From: an uncultured Pseudomonadota bacterium
GTDB taxonomy: Bacteria; Pseudomonadota; Gammaproteobacteria; Ga0077536
NCBI GenBank assembly: GCA_902551695.1
Contig: CACDEI010000005.1
Span: 1 to 54,842 of the forward strand
Direction: 5' to 3'
DNA: 54,842 nt
The notes under the pieces were generated by a model that was not told the DNA's origin, searched no databases, and was given only the letters and a program-made list of their open reading frames with translations. A program made the position numbers and the translations under genes. This document shows, in pieces, positions 31,201 to 39,730 of this stretch. Within the stretch, counting starts at the first letter, position 1. Each line of letters begins with the position of its first letter.

Positions 31201-31716
31201 TTATGCTCCTGGTAAATTATCTAGGATTTCTAAGAGATCCTTCCCCGCTGAAACTGGATTCACTTTTTCAATGATCTTTAAGATAATTCCCTCCTCGTCA
31301 ATGATAAATGTTGTTCTAGAAGCAAATTTTCCAAACTTTAAAACACCATATTCCGTGGCAGTGCTGCCATCCGGATCACTTAAGATTGGAAACTTCGCTC
31401 GATTTGCCTCAGCGAACTTTTTCAGTATTTCATATTCATCTGTGCTTGCCATTAATAAGGCTATTTCATGACTTTCCAGAGCTTTTTCACTTTCCCGAAG
31501 TGATTTACACTCAGCGGTTCAGCCTCCAGTGAATGCCTTAGGGAACCATGCCAAGACCACAGTACGCCCCCTGTAGTCCTTCAAAGCATGGAATTTACCG
31601 TCGGAGCCCATCAAATTAAATTCAGGGGCTAAATCACCGTCCGTAACCGCGAAAGCGGATTGGAGCGACATTAAAAGGGTGAGTAAAAAGATTCGCGTTG
31701 TGTTAATTGGAAGCAT
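31201..31716 (-). CDS. BCP/PrxQ-type peroxiredoxin with selenocysteine (in-frame TGA at 31521-31519) and signal peptide, 171 aa
   Basis: Track ORFs 31519-31716 and 31201-31452 are in one frame; read-through gives APEFNL..SDG...[41 protein letters not shown]...FPILSD...SRTTFIID; TGA falls at the PxxxTxxC peroxidatic position. Confidence 0.88.
31479..31518 (-). promoter_or_regulatory. Putative bacterial SECIS element
   Basis: After UGA: ACCGCU-GAGU-GUAAA-UCACUU-CGGGA-AAGUGA-AAAA-GCUC; perfect 6-bp upper stem, G-rich apical loop beginning after a 21-nt spacer from UGA, possible lower stem GAGU/GCUC. Confidence 0.7.
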
Positions 31717-31740
31717 ATTTTTTTTACCGAGGATTAATAT

Positions 31741-33096
31741 TTATCGTATAACAGGTTGTCTCATGGTCACCCACTCTTCGGCAGAAGTCGGGTGGATACC
31801 GATGGTTTCATCGAACAAGGCTTTTGTCGCCCCGGCCTTCATTGCTACCGCTATTCCTTGAAGACTCTCTCCCGCGTCAGCTCCCACCATATGGGCGCCT
31901 ACAACTAAATCGCTTTCGCCATCAACCACGAGTTTCATTAGCGTCCTCTCGTGGTTTCCGGTTAGAGTGTGTTTTAAGGGCTTAAATTCGGAAATGAATA
32001 TTTTAATTTCCTTGTGTTTTTCTCTTGCTTCTTCTTCAGTGAGACCTACCGTGGCAAGATTAGGGAGGCTAAAAACTGCGCTAGGAATCAAATTATAGTC
32101 TACTCGTTTTTTGCCGTCACCGAATAGGTGGGATACCACTGTCATCGCTTCTGCTAGAGCGACTGGGGTCAGGTTGACTCTGTCTGTCACATCTCCAATA
32201 GCCAATACAGTATCTATGTTAGTCCTATAATTTTCGTCTACTGCGATAGCATTCTTTGAGTCTACTTTTATACCTAATTTTTCCAGTCCTAAGTTTTCAG
32301 TCAAAGGTGTTCGGCCGGTGGCATACATGATTAAATCACAAGATACTTCTTCCCCAGAAGAAAAGTTAGCAGTCAACCTGTCATCTTGTTTGGTTATCTC
32401 GTTTATTGAGCAGTTAAATTGTAGGTCAATTCCAGATTCTCTTATTTGATTAGCGAGAAAGGTTCTCGCATCGAAGTCGAATCCCCGTAGAAACAAATCC
32501 CCTCGATACAGTTGAGAAGTATCACAACCTAGACCGTTAAAAATCGAAGCGAACTCAACGGCTATATAGCCGCCACCGACAACGAGTACTTTCTGTGGCA
32601 GTTCTTTCAGGTAGAATGCTTCATCAGAACTAATTACATGTTCGCAACCGGGGAATTCTGGAATCTCCGGTTTGCCACCTACCGCAACTAAAATATTTTT
32701 TGCAGTATAAGTGTGCCCCTCAACGGAAACGGATTGCTTAGTCTGCAGCGAAGCATGACCACGAATAATGTGTACCCCGGAGTTCACTAAAAGTCTCTCA
32801 TAAATTTCGTTCAATCTTTCTATCTCTCGATTTTTATTGGTTAAGAGATCATGCCAGCTAAAAGAGGGCTTGCCGGAACTCCAACCAAACCCCTTTGCAT
32901 CTGAAAAGTCGCTAGAAAAATGAGCTGCATACGAAAAGAGTTTTTTTGGAATGCATCCTACGTTCACACATGTGCCGCCTAATGCTTGTTTTTCCGCGAT
33001 AGCAACTCTTTTACCCAAATCCGCAGCGAACCTCGCAGCACGCACGCCTCCAGAGCCGCCGCCGATCACGAATAGATCAAAATCAAAATTACTCAT
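31741..33096 (-). CDS. gor: Glutathione-disulfide reductase
   Basis: GGGSGG FAD motif, [13 protein letters not shown] redox disulfide, GGGYIAVEF + YR (NADPH), [10 protein letters not shown]; start ATG 33096 (MSNFDFDLF). Confidence 0.95.
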   Translation of the reverse strand: MSNFDFDLFVIGGGSGGVRAARFAADLGKRVAIAEKQALGGTCVNVGCIPKKLFSYAAHFSSDFSDAKGFGWSSGKPSFSWHDLLTNKNREIERLNEIYERLLVNSGVHIIRGHASLQTKQSVSVEGHTYTAKNILVAVGGKPEIPEFPGCEHVISSDEAFYLKELPQKVLVVGGGYIAVEFASIFNGLGCDTSQLYRGDLFLRGFDFDARTFLANQIRESGIDLQFNCSINEITKQDDRLTANFSSGEEVSCDLIMYATGRTPLTENLGLEKLGIKVDSKNAIAVDENYRTNIDTVLAIGDVTDRVNLTPVALAEAMTVVSHLFGDGKKRVDYNLIPSAVFSLPNLATVGLTEEEAREKHKEIKIFISEFKPLKHTLTGNHERTLMKLVVDGESDLVVGAHMVGADAGESLQGIAVAMKAGATKALFDETIGIHPTSAEEWVTMRQPVIR

Positions 33097-33231
33097 AGGA
33101 AAGTCCCTAAGGAGAATGGTTCGCATGTTGTTGGGAAAGCGTTCAGACTATCAGTAGAAGATAAGAATAAATTTTCCCCTGAATTCTCCTGTAATATACT
33201 ATATAGAAAACATAGTTTGCGAGTTCTTTTC

Positions 33232-34122
33232 ATGAAAAAAATTGAATTGGTGGATGTTGGGCCGAGAGACGGAATACAGAGTCAGGCTGCGATCGTTAAT
33301 ACCTCTGACAAGATTAAGCTTATTTCTGGTCTTGCTGATTCTGGAGTGCGCCGGATAGAGGTAGCGAGTTTCGTTAATCCAAAGAGGGTACCTCAAATGG
33401 CGGATGTCGATCTTTTGATTAAAAATCTGCCAAAAATAGAAAATACTAAATACATTGGGCTCGTTTTGAATGAGAAGGGTTTAGAAAGAGCATTGGATAC
33501 CGAACTGGACGAGATTAATTGCGCCACTGTGGCAACGGACACTTTTTGCCAAAGAAATCAAGGTAAGACCTCTCATGAAATGATGTCATCGCTAGTGAGT
33601 ATGATTAATCTTGCTAAAAAGAACAATAGATTTTTTGGTGTGACTATAGCTGCAGCGTTTGGGTGCCCTTTTGAGGGTGAAGTGAGCCCGGATAGGGTTG
33701 TGGAGATAGCAAAGAATTTGATAGGACTTGGTGTAGATGAAATCTCGATTGCTGACACGATCGGAGTGGCAGTTCCTACCCAGGTCACGGAACTAATATA
33801 TCGCTTAAAACCGATTACCGGCGAGATTCCCCTTAGATTGCATTTTCACAATACCAGGAATACCGGCATAAGTAACGTCTATGCTGCGATACAAGCTGGT
33901 GTGAGGATATTTGATTCTAGTTGCGGCGGGTTAGGAGGCTGCCCCTTTGCCCCCGGCGCTACGGGGAATGTGGGAACCGAAGACGTTTTATATCTCGTTG
34001 ATCGCATGGGGTTCCAAACCGGGATTTCTATGACTAAGCTTATCGAGACTTCCAACTGGCTGGGCCAAGTCATAGGCCAAGAGATGCCATCCATGGTTAA
34101 TAAGGCAGGTGTGTTTCCATAA
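33232..34122 (+). CDS. Hydroxymethylglutaryl-CoA lyase family (DRE-TIM)
   Basis: VGPRDGIQ, SFVNPKRVPQMAD, FGCPFEG, ADTIG, HFHNT, GGLGGCPFAPGATGN; ATG 33232. Confidence 0.9.
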   Translation: MKKIELVDVGPRDGIQSQAAIVNTSDKIKLISGLADSGVRRIEVASFVNPKRVPQMADVDLLIKNLPKIENTKYIGLVLNEKGLERALDTELDEINCATVATDTFCQRNQGKTSHEMMSSLVSMINLAKKNNRFFGVTIAAAFGCPFEGEVSPDRVVEIAKNLIGLGVDEISIADTIGVAVPTQVTELIYRLKPITGEIPLRLHFHNTRNTGISNVYAAIQAGVRIFDSSCGGLGGCPFAPGATGNVGTEDVLYLVDRMGFQTGISMTKLIETSNWLGQVIGQEMPSMVNKAGVFP

Positions 34123-34153
34123 ATAAATAGTTCTGGGCTTAAACCTCGTGTTC

Positions 34154-35191
34154 TCAAAGGTCTTTTTTCTGGGAGTAGAGCTTGGCAATCGCTTTTCTCC
34201 AGACCTTGGCAGGACGTGCTGGCATTCCCGCGTAAATTCCCGGTTTCAAGAGACTTTTGGTAACCCCTCCTTTTCCTAATACAGTTACATCACTCCCTAT
34301 TTGGACATGCCCTACTGTACCTACCTGCCCCGCTAAGGTTACTCGATCTCCAATCTGCGTGCTGCCTGATATACCTGTCTGGGACACGATCAGGCAATTC
34401 TCTCCTATGGACACGTTATGACCAACCATAACTAAATTATCTATCTTAGTGCCTTTACCTATGAAAGTTCTAGAAAATCTCCCTCGATCAATCGTCGAGT
34501 TTGCACCAATTTCTACATCGTCGGATATGACTACATTTCCAAGTTGAGGTATTTTCACATGCTCTTCGCCATGTTTAAGAAAACCATATCCATCTCCACC
34601 GATGCTCACACCGGCTTGGAGTATTACATTATTTCCCAGAACAGAATCCTCCCTTACCGTACAATTAGGGTAAATCGTACAATCATTTCCTATCTTACAT
34701 CTGTCCATAATTACGCAATTCGGATAGATTTTAGTATTTGAACCTATCTCAACATCCTCACCGACTACGACATTAAATCCGATTTCGGCTGAGGGGTGTA
34801 GATTACAACTTTGTGAGATTCTAACGTTTTGATCTTGAATTTTTTCTAACTTTATTTTTGATTTAGAAAACAATTCGGAAATTAAACAGAAGATATACTC
34901 GGGTGACTGGTGATGTAACAGAGTCTTCCCGTTCAACTTGGTTTCCATTGAGACTATATAAACTGGAATGTCAGATTCTTCAGCCATTCGAGTTTTCCTT
35001 TTATCTGACAGAAATGATAAATTCTTAGTCTTGTTGTCAGAAATCCCGCAGACCCCTTCTATAACGATATTTCTATCTCCCGATATAGTCAGGTCAAAGG
35101 TTTCGGCTAGTTTTGCGACGGTGTATTGCATATTTTTCTTTAAACTAACATGATTCTTAAGCGTACAAAAAACTCGAGGGTTGTAAGCCAA
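34154..35191 (-). CDS. lpxD: UDP-3-O-(3-hydroxyacyl)glucosamine N-acyltransferase
   Basis: Hexapeptide repeats, [33 protein letters not shown]; start likely ATG 35131. Confidence 0.93.
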   Translation of the reverse strand: MAYNPRVFCTLKNHVSLKKNMQYTVAKLAETFDLTISGDRNIVIEGVCGISDNKTKNLSFLSDKRKTRMAEESDIPVYIVSMETKLNGKTLLHHQSPEYIFCLISELFSKSKIKLEKIQDQNVRISQSCNLHPSAEIGFNVVVGEDVEIGSNTKIYPNCVIMDRCKIGNDCTIYPNCTVREDSVLGNNVILQAGVSIGGDGYGFLKHGEEHVKIPQLGNVVISDDVEIGANSTIDRGRFSRTFIGKGTKIDNLVMVGHNVSIGENCLIVSQTGISGSTQIGDRVTLAGQVGTVGHVQIGSDVTVLGKGGVTKSLLKPGIYAGMPARPAKVWRKAIAKLYSQKKDL

Positions 35192-35291
35192 CTATACAAT
35201 TTAATACCATATCATCCTCCATAGATTTTTTATATTAAGTTTGAAATCTCTCTCCTTCATGAGCATTATTAACAATAAAAAGGGAGTAAAC

Positions 35292-36116
35292 ATGAAAAAA
35301 AATCTCGCTAAAACTTTAGAAGCACGGAGTTTTCATATTCTTGCGACTGCGGCTGGATTCTTGGTTTCCCTTCTTCTTGTTTGGAAGCATTACTCTAGTC
35401 TAAACCTCCCTTTTTGTGGCGCTGCTTCTTGTGATGTTGTTCTCAACAGCAGATGGTCTGTTTTTTTGGGTGCGCCGTTGGCTGTTTGGGGCGCTTTGAT
35501 GTATGGAACCTTGGGAATTCTATTCATTCGGTATTTTAAAAGAAGTCGGAAGTACCAATTGTCGATAGTGACTCTAGGTTTTTTAGTAAGTGTTTATTTA
35601 TTTTTAATATCATTATTTGAAATTGGGACTATTTGTTATTACTGTACTGTCTCTCTCATAATAATTAGCAGTTTGTTCGGTGCGAGTTTCTTTTTAGCCG
35701 CGCAAAAAAAAAGTAAAGATCGTCTTGTGGGTACAGTCGCAGGTTTAGCAGTCATAATCACAATGCATTCTATTGCTCACGAGGACAATATCTTCCAAAA
35801 AGCAGCCGATCCTCAATTGCAGGCTCTAGCTACCCACTTAAGCGAGAGGGGAGCCACCTTTTATGGTGCTAGTTGGTGTAATGCTTGTCAGGCTCAGAAA
35901 GAACTTTTTGGTTCAGCGGCGTCTTATCTTCCTTACGTTGAGTGTTCTCCCCGGGGGCAAAACACTCCCCAAAGTACGATTTGTTTACTAAAAAAAATAA
36001 AAAGTTACCCTACTTGGCTGATAGATGGGAAGCGCTATGAGCGAATTCTTACGGTAGAAGTGCTGGAGAAATTATCTCGGTTTAACCCCGAAACTACCGA
36101 TAACACTAAAAATTAG
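35292..36116 (+). CDS. VKOR-thioredoxin fusion (disulfide-bond formation protein)
   Basis: Loop cysteines C...SCDVVLNSRWS, TM CYYC, then Trx-like FYGASWCNACQAQKELFG, YVEC, YPTW; GGGAG SD before ATG 35292. Confidence 0.88.
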   Translation: MKKNLAKTLEARSFHILATAAGFLVSLLLVWKHYSSLNLPFCGAASCDVVLNSRWSVFLGAPLAVWGALMYGTLGILFIRYFKRSRKYQLSIVTLGFLVSVYLFLISLFEIGTICYYCTVSLIIISSLFGASFFLAAQKKSKDRLVGTVAGLAVIITMHSIAHEDNIFQKAADPQLQALATHLSERGATFYGASWCNACQAQKELFGSAASYLPYVECSPRGQNTPQSTICLLKKIKSYPTWLIDGKRYERILTVEVLEKLSRFNPETTDNTKN

Positions 36117-36123
36117 AGGTAGC

Positions 36124-36654
36124 ATGTCCAAGCAACCTTCTGTCAAAATGTTAACCGATCCAGGGCATCTGGTTGCTCTGGGTCTAGGTTCTGGTTTGGC
36201 CCCGCTAGGACCAGGCACCGCTGGTACTTTAGTTGGGGTTTTAGGTTTTATTTGGTTTCTTTATTCTCCAATATTTACCCTCGTATTATATTTTTTGCTC
36301 TGTATTGTGCTTTTCTTTGTGGGGATCTTCATTTGTGCTCGAACCTCTCGGTTTTTAGATGCTCACGATCATAAGGCGATAGTCTTTGATGAAATAGTAG
36401 GGTTTTTTATTGGGGCGGGTTGGATTCCCGTGTTAGAACTATTTAGGCTATTAGAGAACTTTGAGATTCAATTTATTTTTATTCCGCTAACTTTTGTTTT
36501 ATTCCGTTTTTTTGACATCGCCAAACCGTGGCCAATAAGTAAGGTGGATAGAGAGTGTCAAGGGGGTATGGGAATCATGTTAGATGACCTGCTAGCGGGC
36601 GTTTTTACTTTCGTTTTAGCCCCTGTAATTTGTATTTTATTGGGCTATTTATGA
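36124..36654 (+). CDS. pgpA: Phosphatidylglycerophosphatase A
   Basis: GLGSGL...PGTAGT, HD...IVFDEIVG, FRFFDIAKPWPI, GIMLDDLLAG. Confidence 0.94.
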   Translation: MSKQPSVKMLTDPGHLVALGLGSGLAPLGPGTAGTLVGVLGFIWFLYSPIFTLVLYFLLCIVLFFVGIFICARTSRFLDAHDHKAIVFDEIVGFFIGAGWIPVLELFRLLENFEIQFIFIPLTFVLFRFFDIAKPWPISKVDRECQGGMGIMLDDLLAGVFTFVLAPVICILLGYL

Positions 36655-37412
36655 GATTTTCTGGCTGGGTAATTTTGTCCTTTTTGTTACTTTTTACTGA
36701 TAAATCGATGGCAGAAAAAGACTGGGGACAGTTCGATAAGAAGATCGCTGAAAAGATGAAGTCGAAAAATAATTTTTATAAAGAAAAAGAAAATAAAATT
36801 AAGTCGCAGCTATCGAATCGAATAAAAAATATAATACAAAACGAACCACAATCTTCAAAACTGCGTTCGAGAATTTACCGATATGTCGACAGAAAAGGTA
36901 ACTCTACCTTCAGTGATCGGGTCCGTCACAAGGGTTATAAGGAAGTTAAGTTACGAGCAACTCCTAGGAGAAAAATTGAAGTAATCAGCGGTAGTTTCTA
37001 TGAGAAACGAAAACTATATGGGACTGTTGTGAAACGAGCTGCTCAGGCGCACAGAATTCCTGCTAGTTTGTTGCATGCAATAATTTCGGCGGAATCAGGT
37101 TATAACCCTGAAGCTGTTTCTAGGGCTGGGGCAGTGGGTCTTATGCAACTGATGCCGGCTACCGCATCTCGTTACGGTGTTAAAGACAGAAAAGATCCGA
37201 TTGATAGCATAAGAGGGGGGGCACGGTATTTTCGGTACCTTTTAGACTTGTTTCACAACGACATTAGATTGGCGTTGGCAGCCTACAATGCTGGTGAAAA
37301 TGCGGTTATTAAATACGGCAGGAGAATTCCCCCTTACCGAGAAACACAAAATTACGTGAAAAGGGTTTTGAAGTTTTACGAGGAGTATGCGGGGGTCAGG
37401 AAAAAGCTCTGA
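36651..37412 (+). CDS. Soluble lytic transglycosylase (SLT) with signal peptide and DUF4124-like segment
   Basis: AES, GAVGLMQLMP, ALAAYNAGE, ETQNYV motifs; IYRYVD..G...FSD; ATGA overlap with the pgpA stop. Confidence 0.9.
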   Translation: MRFSGWVILSFLLLFTDKSMAEKDWGQFDKKIAEKMKSKNNFYKEKENKIKSQLSNRIKNIIQNEPQSSKLRSRIYRYVDRKGNSTFSDRVRHKGYKEVKLRATPRRKIEVISGSFYEKRKLYGTVVKRAAQAHRIPASLLHAIISAESGYNPEAVSRAGAVGLMQLMPATASRYGVKDRKDPIDSIRGGARYFRYLLDLFHNDIRLALAAYNAGENAVIKYGRRIPPYRETQNYVKRVLKFYEEYAGVRKKL

Positions 37413-37420
37413 CGGTGCTA

Positions 37421-39109
37421 TTATTGGTCTGTCACGCAGCCCTGAGAAGCGTCAGTCACAGTTTTTATATATTTATATAAAGTACCCTTAGTTGCGGCGA
37501 GAGGCGGCGGAACCCAATCGCTCAGGCGTGATTGCAGTTCTGTCTCGGTTAGGTCGACAAGTAATTCGTTTTTTTCAGCATCGATGGTTATAATATCGTC
37601 ATTCCTTAGGAGCGCTATGGTTCCCCCTTCTTGCGCTTCGGGCACCACGTGGCCAACTATGAACCCATGCGATCCACCGGAAAATCTACCATCTGTGATT
37701 AGGGCAACTTCCTCCCCTAGCCCGGCACCCATTATTGCCGAGGTGGGGGTCAACATCTCAGGCATTCCCGGTCCACCTTTGGGTCCCTCGTAACGAATGA
37801 CTATAACGTCTCCACTATTTATCTTGCCCTCGCGTAATCCCTCGAGCATCGTTTCTTCCGAGTCAAAAACTCTAGCAGGCCCTTTGAACATTAGGCCCTC
37901 TTTTCCAGTAATTTTGGCTACTGCGCCACCTGGAGCCAGGTTGCCTTTTAATATTTGTAGATGTCCAGTTTTTTTGATTGGTGAGGAGAGAGGTTTTATT
38001 ATAGGTTGTGTAGGGCTGAGTTCTTTACAGTCTTCTAAATTTTCGGCGAGAGTATGACCCGTGACAGTGAGACAGTCCCCTTTTATGAGTCCTTCTCTAA
38101 GCAAAAACTTTAGTACCGCTGGTATTCCTCCCACCCTATGCAGATCCTCCATCACGTACAGCCCACTTGGTTTCAGGTCAGCTATAAAGGGTACTCGATC
38201 ACTTACGCGCTGGAAGTCCTCTAATTCAAGATCTAGGTCCACTGATTTGGCCATGGCTATTAGGTGTAAAACCGCGTTTGTTGAGCCCCCTAGAGCAGAG
38301 ATTATTACCATGGCGTTCTCAAAAGCTTCCCGGGTCATTATGTCTTTCGGTTTAATATCATTTTCTAATAGATTTAATATAGCCTGACCAGCCAGACGAC
38401 ATTCTTCTATTTTCTTTTTGTCGTCAGCTGGTGTGGACGAACTGTATGGTAAGGACATCCCCATGGTCTCTATAGCCGATGCCATTGTGTTGGCCGTGTA
38501 CATCCCGCCACAAGCACCAGGCCCTGGACAAGCATTTTTTACTATATCTTGCCGTTCTTCTTCGTCAATTGAGCCTGCCAGGTAAGAACCATAGCTTTGA
38601 AATGCGGAAACAATATCTAACGGGGTGTTATCCCTGGACTTTCCTGGTTTTATTGTACCTCCATAAATCATTAGAGAGGGGCGATTCAGGCGGCCCATAG
38701 CTATAAGGCAGCCGGGCATATTTTTATCACATCCAGGGATGGAGATATTTGCATCATACCATTGTCCTCCCATGATGGTCTCAATGGAATCAGCTATTAA
38801 ATCCCGTGATTGTAGCGAATAGCTCATGCCTCGAGTTCCCATAGAAATGCCGTCGCTAACTCCGACAGTATTGAATCGCATTCCAATTAAACCGGATTCT
38901 TCCACGCCTCTTTTCGCTTCTTCCGCTAAATTCAAGAGATGCATATTACAAGGGTTTCCCTCGTACCAGACGCTCCCAATGCCCACTTGAGCTTTGGCCA
39001 TATCCTCCTCTTTCATACCGACCGCATATAGCATGGCCTGGCTAGCGCCCTGAGATTTTGGTTGTGTCACATTCGCGCTTTGGGAATTCAACGGTTTTTT
39101 TGGATTCAT
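37421..39109 (-). CDS. ilvD: Dihydroxy-acid dehydratase, [2Fe-2S] type
   Basis: [52 protein letters not shown]. Confidence 0.96.
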   Translation of the reverse strand: MNPKKPLNSQSANVTQPKSQGASQAMLYAVGMKEEDMAKAQVGIGSVWYEGNPCNMHLLNLAEEAKRGVEESGLIGMRFNTVGVSDGISMGTRGMSYSLQSRDLIADSIETIMGGQWYDANISIPGCDKNMPGCLIAMGRLNRPSLMIYGGTIKPGKSRDNTPLDIVSAFQSYGSYLAGSIDEEERQDIVKNACPGPGACGGMYTANTMASAIETMGMSLPYSSSTPADDKKKIEECRLAGQAILNLLENDIKPKDIMTREAFENAMVIISALGGSTNAVLHLIAMAKSVDLDLELEDFQRVSDRVPFIADLKPSGLYVMEDLHRVGGIPAVLKFLLREGLIKGDCLTVTGHTLAENLEDCKELSPTQPIIKPLSSPIKKTGHLQILKGNLAPGGAVAKITGKEGLMFKGPARVFDSEETMLEGLREGKINSGDVIVIRYEGPKGGPGMPEMLTPTSAIMGAGLGEEVALITDGRFSGGSHGFIVGHVVPEAQEGGTIALLRNDDIITIDAEKNELLVDLTETELQSRLSDWVPPPLAATKGTLYKYIKTVTDASQGCVTDQ

Positions 39110-39168
39110 ATTGATTTCCTAGGGGATAGTCATTAAATGATCGTTATTAATGTAGTTCATAATCTTGG

Positions 39169-39654
39169 CTAGATCTTTATCCCATAACCTTGCTTCGGTA
39201 TCAACATAGTGCGCTCGAAATCACAAACGAGGGTACCGTCTGATTTTTTCCCCAATGTGCTCACCTTGACGATTCCAGCGTTTGGTCTGGATTTAGATTC
39301 TCTTTTTTCTAAAACAGTGCTTTCGGCGTAGAGAGTGTCTCCAACAAAAACAGGGGAGGGTAGACGAATTTCTTTCCAACCTAGGTTTGCTATCGCGTTT
39401 TGACTTACATCTCTGACACTCATTCCCACTATAAGAGAAACCGTGAATGCGCTATTAACTAATATTTGTCCGAATTCTGATTGTTTTGCATATTCTTTGT
39501 CGAAGTGTAAGGGATGAGTATTCATTGTGAGTAAAGTAAACCAAGTATTATCGGTTTCGGTGATAGTTCGCCCAGGTCGGTGAGAATAAGTATCTCCTAC
39601 TTCGAATTGTTCGTAGTGTCTGCCGGATTGTTCGGTGATTTTTCTTTCTTCCAT
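39169..39654 (-). CDS. MaoC-family (R)-specific enoyl-CoA hydratase
   Basis: YEQFEVG...H..GRTITETD, MNTHPLHFD hydratase motif, PVFVGDTL. Confidence 0.88.
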   Translation of the reverse strand: MEERKITEQSGRHYEQFEVGDTYSHRPGRTITETDNTWFTLLTMNTHPLHFDKEYAKQSEFGQILVNSAFTVSLIVGMSVRDVSQNAIANLGWKEIRLPSPVFVGDTLYAESTVLEKRESKSRPNAGIVKVSTLGKKSDGTLVCDFERTMLIPKQGYGIKI

Positions 39655-39730
39655 GATTGCTTTTGCCTAAATTAATTTCGCGCCTTGTGCAAATTTTACT
39701 GGCAAGGAATCTTATCACCTTTCTATGAAT

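Noticed and set aside
31201-31716. Pseudogene or two separate small proteins (65 aa and 83 aa)
   Set aside because: The single interruption is a TGA at the catalytic Cys position, the frame is intact on both sides and a SECIS-like hairpin follows, so Sec recoding explains it better
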